Of a stretch of 64,000 nt of DNA, positions 29,642-38,446 are shown one piece after another (position 1 is the stretch's first letter; each line of letters opens with the position of its first letter). Source of the DNA: Nitrospinales bacterium (GTDB lineage Bacteria > Nitrospinota > Nitrospinia > Nitrospinales > VA-1); the NCBI GenBank assembly GCA_965223345.1, contig CBDCWG010000012.1, positions 2,080,001 through 2,144,000 of the forward strand, read 5' to 3'. Below the pieces are notes generated by a model. It was not told the origin of the DNA. It saw only the letters and a program-made list of their open reading frames with translations, and did not search any database. Both the position numbers and the translations under genes were made by a program.

Positions 29642-29899
29642 TCATCCTTCAATCAACAAATCCAGTTTCTTGCGCAGGGTCACGGGGTGGACTTTGTAGA
29701 CGAACGCGTCTTCGCCGTTGATGCGCAGGACGGGGATCTTTTCCTTGTACGCCTCGAACAGCTCGGGGTTGGTGCTGATGTCTGTGAGATGCAGATCCGC
29801 CGGGTAGTCGGGCAGCACGTCCTGCACAGTGGCTTTGGCGGTGTCGCAGAGGGGGCAGTCGTCTTTGGTCAGGATTTCAAGCTGGATGCGGCCGGGCAT
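29642..29899 (-). CDS. glutaredoxin-like protein (DUF836)
   Basis: CPLC, DIS...L...Y...IPVL. Confidence 0.85.
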   Translation of the reverse strand: MPGRIQLEILTKDDCPLCDTAKATVQDVLPDYPADLHLTDISTNPELFEAYKEKIPVLRINGEDAFVYKVHPVTLRKKLDLLIEG

Positions 29900-29903
29900 G
29901 CGG

Positions 29904-30917
29904 CTACATGGTGTGGGTCATGGTGGTGACTTTGCCCCAGATGATGAGCCCGACCATCAGCACGACCATGAAGATGATGAACGCGGTGGCGATGGGGCGT
30001 TTCTGCCAGCGGCGTTCCTCGCTGCGGTCGATGAACGGGATGATCACCAGGATGCCGATGAGCGCCAGCGGCGCAACCACGAGAAACGGCACCCACAGGT
30101 TTTCCAGGGCGTAGAGCCAGACGAACTGCCACGGCGGCTTGGTGACTTCCAGTCCCGGAATCGGATCGTCTCCCAAGGGCGGCGCGATGAACAGCGCCAG
30201 CAGGCAGATGAGCAAAAAGGCGCCGGCGCCCGCGCGTCTGAGGTAGGCCATGTGCTGGGTGAATTTGATGACCTTGCCGCCTTCGGGTTTGTCCGGCAGC
30301 GGCGAGAGCTTGTGGTACTTGATGTAGAACATGTGCAGGCCCAGCAGCATGACGGTGATCAGCGGCAGCAGCGAAATGTGCGCCATGTAGATGCGCGATA
30401 ACAGCGGCACGCCCTGGGCGAATTTTTCGGTGAACGGCGCGCCGAAGATGCCCATGCCCTCGACCACCCAGAGGAAATGGTCCAGCGCCTCGTAGGCTTC
30501 CTGGTCCCATTTGAGGACGGTGCCGGTGAACAGCAGGTTCCCCATCATCAGCAGTAGGGCGACGCCGATGAGCCAGTTGACCTCGCGCGGTTTTTTGTAG
30601 GAGGCGGTCCAGAACACACGCAGCATGTGCAGGACCAGCGTCACGGTCAGCACTTCGGCCGCCCAGAAATGGATGCCGCGCAGAAACCAGCCGAGGTAGA
30701 TCTGATCTGTCAGGTAGTGCAGGCTCTGGTTGGCACGTTCGGGAACGGGGATGTAAAACTGCGACAGCAGAATGCCGCTCACAACCAGGATGGTGAAGGC
30801 CGAGGCGGTGATGCCGCCGAGGGAATACGGGATCGAATTGGCGTGCTCCTCGATATCGTATTCGAGCAGTTGCAGGCCGAGGCGTTCTTTTATGGTTTCA
30901 ACGATCCCGTTCGCCAT
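29904..30917 (-). CDS. cytochrome b (b/b6 N-terminal plus subunit-IV-like C-terminal domain)
   Basis: Four heme His (GIHFW...LHMLR; MAHIS...LHMF), [16 protein letters not shown] at the PEWY position. Confidence 0.9.
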   Translation of the reverse strand: MANGIVETIKERLGLQLLEYDIEEHANSIPYSLGGITASAFTILVVSGILLSQFYIPVPERANQSLHYLTDQIYLGWFLRGIHFWAAEVLTVTLVLHMLRVFWTASYKKPREVNWLIGVALLLMMGNLLFTGTVLKWDQEAYEALDHFLWVVEGMGIFGAPFTEKFAQGVPLLSRIYMAHISLLPLITVMLLGLHMFYIKYHKLSPLPDKPEGGKVIKFTQHMAYLRRAGAGAFLLICLLALFIAPPLGDDPIPGLEVTKPPWQFVWLYALENLWVPFLVVAPLALIGILVIIPFIDRSEERRWQKRPIATAFIIFMVVLMVGLIIWGKVTTMTHTM

Positions 30918-30985
30918 CGAATTATGGAGAAACCCGGCATGCCGGGGGGTGGTGCGGGTGAAGGTTCATTCCCGGAAAACGGGAA

Positions 30986-31459
30986 TCATTCGTTGGGACG
31001 CTTGAAGCTCAGAAAACCGAAAACCAGACCGGACAGCAGCGTGATGGCCGCCGCGACGCCGTAACCCTTGGAGTCGGTGGACACCATCTCGTGCTCGGCG
31101 AGTTCGACCTGCGGTTCCTCGTGCCCCGCATGGTTACTGCCGCTGCCTTCGCTGTGCTGCATCGTCTGCATGTCCATCGACGGCGTTTCGCCGCCGAAGA
31201 GGTCCTGCTGAGTGAACAGCGAGCCGGCCGGCTCGCCCGCTTCTTCGCCGTCTTCGCCCACGGCGTAGATCGAATCCTGCGCCGCGCCCGCGTCCTCTTC
31301 GCCGTCGGCGGCGTAGATGGAATCCATCGCGGCGGGCGCTTCCGCTTCAGCGGCTGTATGTTCTTCCTCATGTTTTTCGCCGCCGTGCGCCGCGACCTGC
31401 GCCGCGCAAAACAGCGATACGATTGCCAGAGCCAGAATGCCGTTCCATAAAGGTTTCAT
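30986..31459 (-). CDS. acidic His/Met-containing exported protein with C-terminal membrane anchor
   Basis: Signal peptide then HGGEKH, duplicated DSIYA, MDMQTMQH, C-terminal TM. Confidence 0.7.
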   Translation of the reverse strand: MKPLWNGILALAIVSLFCAAQVAAHGGEKHEEEHTAAEAEAPAAMDSIYAADGEEDAGAAQDSIYAVGEDGEEAGEPAGSLFTQQDLFGGETPSMDMQTMQHSEGSGSNHAGHEEPQVELAEHEMVSTDSKGYGVAAAITLLSGLVFGFLSFKRPNE

Positions 31460-31460
31460 G

Positions 31461-32024
31461 TCAGCTCTCCAGGACGATCCGCGCGAACGCTTCCATCATT
31501 TCGTCGGTGGCCCAGTCGTCCGGGCCGATCTTCTTGTAGATGATCAACCCGTCTCGGTTGACGATGAAGGTTTCGGGCACGCCCGTGGTCTTGTAGTCTT
31601 TTTTGGCGACTTCGCTTTCCGGATCGAGCAGCACCGGAAAGGTCAGCTTGTATTTGTCCATGAACGGCTGGATCAGCGACTGATCCTTGTCGATGCTGAT
31701 GGTCAGCATCTCGAAGCCGTCGTCCTTGTAACGGTCGTAGAGTTTCTGCATCGAGGGCATCTCCACCTCGCAGGTGCCGCACCAGGTGGCCCAGAAATTG
31801 ATGAACACCACCTTGCCGCGGTAGTCCAGCAGGTTCACCTTGCTGCCGGTGAGCGATTCCAGCTCGAAGTTGGGAGCGAGAAAGGACACCGAGGGATATT
31901 CCGTCTTGCCCGGTTCCAAAGGCTGCTTGTTGAGCGTGATGATGAAGATGGAGAGCAGCGTCATCACGAGCAGGGTGTAGGGGATGTAAATGCTGACGGG
32001 TTTTTGTTCGATCGCGTTTTCCAT
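31461..32024 (-). CDS. TlpA/ResA-family thiol-disulfide oxidoreductase
   Basis: N-terminal TM, FWATWCGTC, GVPETF. Confidence 0.92.
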   Translation of the reverse strand: MENAIEQKPVSIYIPYTLLVMTLLSIFIITLNKQPLEPGKTEYPSVSFLAPNFELESLTGSKVNLLDYRGKVVFINFWATWCGTCEVEMPSMQKLYDRYKDDGFEMLTISIDKDQSLIQPFMDKYKLTFPVLLDPESEVAKKDYKTTGVPETFIVNRDGLIIYKKIGPDDWATDEMMEAFARIVLES

Positions 32025-32031
32025 AGTTCTA

Positions 32032-32520
32032 TTATAACGTTTTGTGCTTCTTGTAGGGGCGGTAGAATTTCTTGTCGATGGCGATCACGATGTCGTCGAG
32101 CGTGTAGCCCTTTTTGTACAGCTCGTAGGCGTAGAGCACCTCGTTGATACAGATTTCGCATTTGGCGCCGTGCCGGTTCGTGAAGCAGGTGAGCAGTGTT
32201 TTGTGGCCGTGCTCCTTTTTGCAGTAACAGTAGCAGAACTGGCTGTCGATGACTTTGGGAATCTCCGCCGCGATGCGGTAGGCCTGCGCCACCTTGCCGG
32301 TGAACAGTGCGTCCGAGAGCACCGGCCGCGTTTCGATGAGAGTCCCGGTCGCGGGCGCCACCGGCTGCACGTCCGCCGCTGGTTTGGTCGCCACGTACAC
32401 CCCGCCGACCACGATCATTACAGCCAGAACGAGGCCGATGAGCTTGCCTTTTCCGGGAGATGCGGATGCAGGGGAGGGGTCTTTTTTCTTATTGGTGTTG
32501 CGGGATTTTTTCTTTCCCAT
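32032..32520 (-). CDS. PCYCGC-motif family membrane-anchored protein
   Basis: FCYCYC...HKTLLTCF...HGAKCEIC; N-terminal TM; ORF opens at 32541. Confidence 0.8.
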   Translation of the reverse strand: MGKKKSRNTNKKKDPSPASASPGKGKLIGLVLAVMIVVGGVYVATKPAADVQPVAPATGTLIETRPVLSDALFTGKVAQAYRIAAEIPKVIDSQFCYCYCKKEHGHKTLLTCFTNRHGAKCEICINEVLYAYELYKKGYTLDDIVIAIDKKFYRPYKKHKTL

Positions 32521-32703
32521 AGCGAATTTCAGAGGTTCCAACCGCGGGCGGTGTGGGAATCGTTAATGAATACCTATCATTATAAAGAATTGCCCGGACG
32601 GGATTCAAGCGATTTGGGCCTGCGTCAAGAGAATAGATGCACAGTGGGTGACCGAGTGCTTAGGCCAGTCCAGAGCTTGGGGCAGACTAAGTGGGCAAAA
32701 AAA

Positions 32704-34128
32704 TTAATAGTGAAGGATTTCTCCTTCGGGAGAGATCGTAAGACCGCCTTTGTAACCGGAGTCGGTTAAATCGGGGTCGATATCCTCACGTTTCCACTTC
32801 AGTATTGGATTTCCAGTATAAGAGATAAGAACCATGTTTTTGTCAGGAAAAATCAACCAGTGGGAGTTGTTATATCTTTCATCCAATTCAGCTTCGAAAG
32901 ACACAATATCGCTGGAATAAGGTTTATCTAGAACAGGCCATCCGTAGTATTTACGAAAATACTGGTATCTTTTTTTACTTATAGAACAGCCCTGGTTGAT
33001 ATTTATGGAATATTCGTATTCGGGGTGTTTTTCCATGAATGTTTTCAGCCAGGGGATGGAATCAATTTGGTCTCTAAATTGCTTTATTTTTTCGGGGGAA
33101 TACTGTGTGAGATCCAGTTTTCCTTTCTTGATAGGCGCTTCTAGTTCTATAAAAAAGTTTTTTGGTCCTGCTTTATCCTGAAGTTTCACAGTCCATTCTT
33201 CGATTTCCGTTTTTCCACAACACTCACCATAAATTCGACTTTGAACGATATTGTATTGTTGTGTTACCGGAAGAATTTGGTCACCCAGGTCGTTGAGCTT
33301 TTTTTTCTGATGTAAATTATCCTCAAAATTGATGATCGGTTCATACCAAACTCTCGTAAAAAAAAGTTCTCTTATGTCAGGGGCAATTCTTTCATACGCT
33401 TGGCACTGGGACGGTATAATTTTATTCAGAGCCTTCGCGATGTGGATATTGAACGTTTTTACAGTTTGCGATTGATCTTCGATTTTCCAAGGGATCATGT
33501 AAGCATGTTGCGATTTGGAGTTCACTTGTAGGGTGTTCCCGTCACTCAGGCGTATGGTGATCTCGATTTTCGGATTATCGTCCGTCCAACCCCCTTCATA
33601 ATATTCTGCCAGGTGTTTCAAATCTAAAAGTTGGGGATACAGTTTTTCTTTTTCAGTTTCTAAATTCGGAAAATCATCTGTGGAAAGATGTTTCAATCTT
33701 TCCTCCATAGCCACCCGGGCATTTTCTTTTAGCCATTGTTTGGATAAACCAAATTGGCCGGTGTCCAATTTAGGGATGGGCTCCGATTGAATGGCTTGCA
33801 TCAACCGTTCGATTTTTTCATTTTCAATCGGGAGGTTGTCCTTGACCTCCCTGTGGTTCATGATGAAATGGGTTAGTTTTTTGTCTGTGATCTTTTTCAT
33901 TGGTTTGGGAACAAGGCCCTGCCGTTGTAATTCCTCGAGATTCCGAATGGGATCGAACAGATCCAGCTTCCCTTTATAGCCCGCATCGGTTCGCTTGACT
34001 GTGAACTGGCAATCTCCGCCATCCGCCAAAGCCCAGAGCGTGTAGTGGGTCGTTTTTATGTGGATGGACTCCACCTCTGAGGCAAAGGCGGGTGAACTTA
34101 TACACGACAACAGAAAAGCCAATAACAA
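32704..34128 (-). CDS. exported hypothetical protein, AT-rich
   Basis: 474-aa ORF with signal peptide (AFA-SE); no recognised motif. Confidence 0.7.
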   Translation of the reverse strand: MLLAFLLSCISSPAFASEVESIHIKTTHYTLWALADGGDCQFTVKRTDAGYKGKLDLFDPIRNLEELQRQGLVPKPMKKITDKKLTHFIMNHREVKDNLPIENEKIERLMQAIQSEPIPKLDTGQFGLSKQWLKENARVAMEERLKHLSTDDFPNLETEKEKLYPQLLDLKHLAEYYEGGWTDDNPKIEITIRLSDGNTLQVNSKSQHAYMIPWKIEDQSQTVKTFNIHIAKALNKIIPSQCQAYERIAPDIRELFFTRVWYEPIINFEDNLHQKKKLNDLGDQILPVTQQYNIVQSRIYGECCGKTEIEEWTVKLQDKAGPKNFFIELEAPIKKGKLDLTQYSPEKIKQFRDQIDSIPWLKTFMEKHPEYEYSININQGCSISKKRYQYFRKYYGWPVLDKPYSSDIVSFEAELDERYNNSHWLIFPDKNMVLISYTGNPILKWKREDIDPDLTDSGYKGGLTISPEGEILHY

Positions 34129-34338
34129 GGTAATCAGCAGGTGTTGAGCTTTTGGTCGTGTATGCGGTTTTTTTGCAACGGGTGCATGGTGGTTTTATCA
34201 CCTGTTGGGTTGGGGGAGGGGATAGAGGACTATTACCCATTATAAGCCAAAGAGATACGGTTTCGAGGGCGGAAATATCTCGACTGCGGAAAGCGGGGTT
34301 TGCCAGTGGTTTTCAGGTGGCGTTGGCTGGGCCAGAGG

Positions 34339-35040
34339 TCAGCGGATCACCCCGTACCATTTGCTCAGAGTCTGGGGGGAGAAGCCCACGAGAAACAGGG
34401 TGGCGATGACGGAGTTGCGGAAGGTGGTGAACCAGACGCCCTCAGTGAGCCAGCGGCGCGGCGAGGTGCGGGCCTTTTCCTTGAGAACGACGGTCGCCCC
34501 CTTTTTTTTCAGGCGTTTGAAAAAATCCAGGTCCTCGCAGATGGGCAACGAGCGAAACCCCTCCATCTCGTTGAAGGTGCCGGCGCGCACGAAGATGGCC
34601 TGGTCGCCGTAGACGAGGTGGAGGTAGCGCGACCTGAGGGTGGCGAGTTTGGCGATGAGCCGCAGCGACATCCTCTCGGATTCGATGGCCAGGCTGAACG
34701 CGCCGCCGAGTTTGCCGCCTTCCTGCATGACCGCGACCATCTTGCGGTAGCTTTCGCCGTCCACGGCGCTGTCGGCGTGCAGAAACAGCAGGATGTCGCC
34801 GGTGGCCGCCCGGGCGCCGGAATTCATCTGGTGTGCGCGGCCGGGGGGGCTTTCGACGGTTTTGCAGGCGAGCTGCCCGGCGATTGCGCGGGTTTCGTCC
34901 TGGCTGCCGCCGTCGGCCACGATGATCTCGTGCGGTTCGTGCCGGCGAATGGCTTGCAGGGTCTGCGGCAGGGCCGAGGATTCGTTGAGCGTGGGGATGA
35001 CGACCGAGACTTTCACGTATTTGCGTTCCTCAAAATGCAA
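34339..35040 (-). CDS. family 2 glycosyltransferase (TIGR04283-like)
   Basis: IPTLNE, DGGS, GRAHQMNSGA, FLHAD, YGDQAIF, ED, TSPRRW. Confidence 0.88.
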   Translation of the reverse strand: MHFEERKYVKVSVVIPTLNESSALPQTLQAIRRHEPHEIIVADGGSQDETRAIAGQLACKTVESPPGRAHQMNSGARAATGDILLFLHADSAVDGESYRKMVAVMQEGGKLGGAFSLAIESERMSLRLIAKLATLRSRYLHLVYGDQAIFVRAGTFNEMEGFRSLPICEDLDFFKRLKKKGATVVLKEKARTSPRRWLTEGVWFTTFRNSVIATLFLVGFSPQTLSKWYGVIR

Positions 35041-35340
35041 AAAGCTCCGTCCAGGCGAAATAAAAGCGGTATTTTTTGCGTATCGACCGCAAAAAACGGC
35101 TCAGTTAACCACAAAAGCGTCGGCTTTGCAACGGCGTTGGGATTTTCAAATCAATGGGAAACACGGCTTCGGTCAGGCCCGCCGATCAAACGGTTTCGGA
35201 GGGGAGAACCCTTTAGAATTGGTAATCCCTGATACACAAGCCTTTAAGGTGGATTTGCGAAATAAATGATTTACAATAAGAAGCAATAGGGATATATACG
35301 AGACTGCCGCTGGTGGCAGGTACCCAATCTTTATAGAGCG

Positions 35341-36123
35341 ATGCTGGCCCACTTTATCGATTCCAAGAAATTTCAGTGCGGGTATTTCAAGGAACGGCAG
35401 TCTCTGTTTGAAGAATACCTGCTTGAAGACGTTTCCGAGGTGGAATTCGAGTATCTCCTGGCCCACGGAATGCGTCATTTCGGGGATTATTTTTTCCGCC
35501 CCCGCTGTCAGGACTGCTTCCAGTGCATCCCCATCCGCGTCCGCACCGACGATTTCCGCATCTCCCGCAGCCAGAAACGGGCGCTCAAAGCCTGCAACGG
35601 AATAAAAATCAAGGTCGGAGCTCCCAAATACACGGACAAGAAATTCCGCCTGTATCTGGACCATAAAAAGCGCTTTCAATCCCTGCAGGACGATGTGGAA
35701 GACGAGCAGAACTTCCGCCTTTCCTTTTACGTCAATACGCCTTTCGGGATCGAATTCGAGTACTACTGGAACGACACGCTGATCGGCGTCGCGCTGGGGG
35801 ATTTCACCAGCAACACGTTTTCCGCGATTTATACGTTCTACGTGGCCCCCGACCCGCAGATGAGCCTGGGAACCTTCAGCATTTTAAAGCAGCTTGAGTT
35901 TTCCAAACGGCAGGGGATCAAGTATTACTACCTGGGGTACTACATCACCAACAATCAGTCCTTGACGTACAAGGCGGCTTTCCGTCCCAACGAAGTGTAC
36001 GTCGATCGCGAATGGCGTCCTTTCCGCAACACGCAGGGGGATTTCCTCATTCCACAGGATAAGCTGATGTGGCGCAATCAGGAATTCCTCGTCAAGGCCG
36101 CCGCTCCGATGGAGCTGGCCTGA
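35341..36123 (+). CDS. arginyl-tRNA-protein transferase family (ATE/Bpt)
   Basis: CGYF, GMRHFG..FFRPRC..C..C, SLGTFSIL, YYYLGY, YKAAFRP. Confidence 0.88.
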   Translation: MLAHFIDSKKFQCGYFKERQSLFEEYLLEDVSEVEFEYLLAHGMRHFGDYFFRPRCQDCFQCIPIRVRTDDFRISRSQKRALKACNGIKIKVGAPKYTDKKFRLYLDHKKRFQSLQDDVEDEQNFRLSFYVNTPFGIEFEYYWNDTLIGVALGDFTSNTFSAIYTFYVAPDPQMSLGTFSILKQLEFSKRQGIKYYYLGYYITNNQSLTYKAAFRPNEVYVDREWRPFRNTQGDFLIPQDKLMWRNQEFLVKAAAPMELA

Positions 36124-36136
36124 CTTTCCCGCCTTC

Positions 36137-36250
36137 TTAGAGCACCTCGAAGAACACCAGAAAGATCCAGATCACCAGGCAGATGTTGAAGATCACGCCG
36201 ATGTGGAAGATCCAGTTGAAGAGTTTGTTGTAGGTGAATTTGTAGTCCAT
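36137..36250 (-). CDS. 37-aa single-TM small protein
   Basis: MDYKFTYNKLFNWIFHIGVIFNICLVIWIFLVFFEVL*; third codon positions nearly all G/C as in host genes; not in the ORF track. Confidence 0.6.
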   Translation of the reverse strand: MDYKFTYNKLFNWIFHIGVIFNICLVIWIFLVFFEVL

Positions 36251-36280
36251 GGGTGGTCACCGTGGGGGCGTTCGCCCCGT

Positions 36281-37093
36281 TCAATCCATCACCAGGGTTT
36301 TCAGCCGTTTCGCCAGATCGGAGCCGCGGATGATCTTGCGCACCGGCCGGTCGATCAGGTTGAGGCTCATGTAGAGCCGTTCCAGCTTGGCGAAGGTTGC
36401 GGAATTCGCGATGGCCTGCCCGCCGGCATCGCGGATCTCGTTGCGCCAGATGCTGAGCACCGTCAGGTTTTTCAGATGCGGCGATTCGGCCAGGGCGATG
36501 GCGCCTTCGTTGCCGATCCGGTTGGAGCAGAGATACAGTTTTGACAGTTCCGCAAGCTGCGCCGAGTTGGCCAGCGCCACCGCGCCGTCGTCCCCCATGC
36601 CGGTGCTGTCCAGGTGCAGGGCGGAGAGCGCCGGAAAGGCGGTGGAGGCGGCGATGGATTCGGTGCCTGCCGCACCGATGGGGTTGCTGTCGAGATACAG
36701 GATTTCCAGCCTGCCGAATTTCGCCGAACCGGCGAGCTGTTTCGCTCCTTCAGCGCCGATGTTGTTGGCTTCCAGCATGAGGCAGGTCAGATTCTGCATC
36801 AGGTCCGATCCTGCCAGCATCCCCGCTTCTGTGTCCCCCAGATTGTTGTGGTTGAGATACAGCGCTTTCAGGTTGGGAAACGTGCGCATGGCGGCGAGCG
36901 CCGCGACGGAATCCCCCGAAAGGTGGTTGTGGCTGAGGTAGAGCTGCTCCACGCCCGCAAGGTCCTCCAGCTCGGCGATGCATTTCAACTCCTCGACGCC
37001 GATGTCCTGATCGTCCAGATCGAGCAATGTTCCGTCCGCATTCAGGCGGGAACGCACGCGCGTTTCGATATCGGATTTTGCAACTTTTTCCAA
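36281..37093 (-). CDS. leucine-rich repeat protein (RNI-like, 28-aa repeats)
   Basis: Repeated LxxLxLxxNxIGxxGAxxLA units. Confidence 0.88.
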   Translation of the reverse strand: MEKVAKSDIETRVRSRLNADGTLLDLDDQDIGVEELKCIAELEDLAGVEQLYLSHNHLSGDSVAALAAMRTFPNLKALYLNHNNLGDTEAGMLAGSDLMQNLTCLMLEANNIGAEGAKQLAGSAKFGRLEILYLDSNPIGAAGTESIAASTAFPALSALHLDSTGMGDDGAVALANSAQLAELSKLYLCSNRIGNEGAIALAESPHLKNLTVLSIWRNEIRDAGGQAIANSATFAKLERLYMSLNLIDRPVRKIIRGSDLAKRLKTLVMD

Positions 37094-37323
37094 TGCGGAG
37101 TTCCAGATATAATTTGAAGGGCGATGGCTGCCAACGGTTTCAATCTATAGGATTTTGCTTTAAAGATCAAACCGCCGGCGGCGCGCGTGCGAAAAATTTG
37201 GGTGAGGACGGCTGCGAATTTCGGTATAAATGATTTCGTCTGGAATCCCCGGGTATTCTCGATACCTGTGAAACCTCCCTTTGCGGCGCAATCCACCTAC
37301 GAAAGCGGAAACGAGGCAAACCC

Positions 37324-38436
37324 ATGATTATCGGTGTTCCAAAAGAAATCAAAGAGGATGAAGGCCGGATCTCCCTGACCCCCGCCGGGGCCCACGAACT
37401 GACGGCGCGCGGGCACGAGGTTCTGATCGAAAAGGATGCGGGCAAAGGCAGCGGTCTGTCCGACCTGCAATACGAAGAACAGGGCGCGCGCATCACCAGC
37501 CGCGACGTCATCTACGCGCAGGCGGAGATGATCATCAAGGTGAAGGAGCCGCTCAAGGAAGAGTACGGCATGCTGCAGGAAGGGCAGATCCTCTACACCT
37601 ACCTGCACCTCGCGCCGGCCAAAGAGCTGACGCAGGCGTTGCTGGACAGGAAGATCATCGGCATCGCCTACGAAACCGTGCAGCTGCCCGACAGATCCCT
37701 GCCGCTGCTCATTCCCATGAGCGAGGTGGCGGGGCGCATGTCGATCCACGAAGGGGCGAAATGCCTGGAAGGGGAAAACGGCGGCCGCGGGATTCTGCTC
37801 GGCGGCGTTCCCGGCGTGGACCCGGGGCATGTGGTGATCATCGGCGGCGGCATCGTCGGCACCAATGCGGCGAAGATGGCGATCGGCACCGGCGCGATGG
37901 TCACGGTGCTGGACATCGACCTGCCGCGCCTGCGCTACCTGGACGATATCTTCGGCGCGCGCGTGCGCACGTTGATGTCGAACCACATCAACATGATGGA
38001 CGCCCTGCGCTCGGCGGATGTGGTGGTCGGGGCGGTGCTCATCCCCGGCGCGAAAGCCCCCAAACTGGTGACCCGCAAGATGATGCAGCAGATGAAGCCC
38101 GGTTCGGTGGTGGTGGATGTGGGGATCGACCAGGGCGGCGTGTTCGAGACCTCGCGGCCGACCACGCACAGCGATCCCATCTATGAGGAAGAGGGGGTGA
38201 TTCATTACTGCGTCGCCAACATGCCCGGCGCGCTGGCGCGCACCTCGACGTTTGCGCTCACCAACGCCACGTTCCCGCACGCGCTGGAGCTGGCGGAGAA
38301 GGGATACCGGCGGGCGTTTCGCGAAAACCCGGCGCTGGCGCTGGGACTCAACGTTTACAAGGGGCACGTCACGCATCCGGCGGTGGCCGACTCCCTGGAT
38401 ATGGAGTACGTTCCCATCGACAAGGCTCTGGACTGA
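37324..38436 (+). CDS. ald: alanine dehydrogenase
   Basis: [38 protein letters not shown]. Confidence 0.97.
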   Translation: MIIGVPKEIKEDEGRISLTPAGAHELTARGHEVLIEKDAGKGSGLSDLQYEEQGARITSRDVIYAQAEMIIKVKEPLKEEYGMLQEGQILYTYLHLAPAKELTQALLDRKIIGIAYETVQLPDRSLPLLIPMSEVAGRMSIHEGAKCLEGENGGRGILLGGVPGVDPGHVVIIGGGIVGTNAAKMAIGTGAMVTVLDIDLPRLRYLDDIFGARVRTLMSNHINMMDALRSADVVVGAVLIPGAKAPKLVTRKMMQQMKPGSVVVDVGIDQGGVFETSRPTTHSDPIYEEEGVIHYCVANMPGALARTSTFALTNATFPHALELAEKGYRRAFRENPALALGLNVYKGHVTHPAVADSLDMEYVPIDKALD

Positions 38437-38446
38437 ACTCGACTTC

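Noticed and set aside
34339..35040. Arsenosugar or selenium biosynthetic cluster around the TIGR04283-like glycosyltransferase
   Set aside because: The usual partner genes (radical SAM, second transferase) are not adjacent.
38252..38446. N-terminal extension of dnaE given by the ORF track
   Set aside because: Overlaps ald; the PHP motif begins just after the ATG at 38447.
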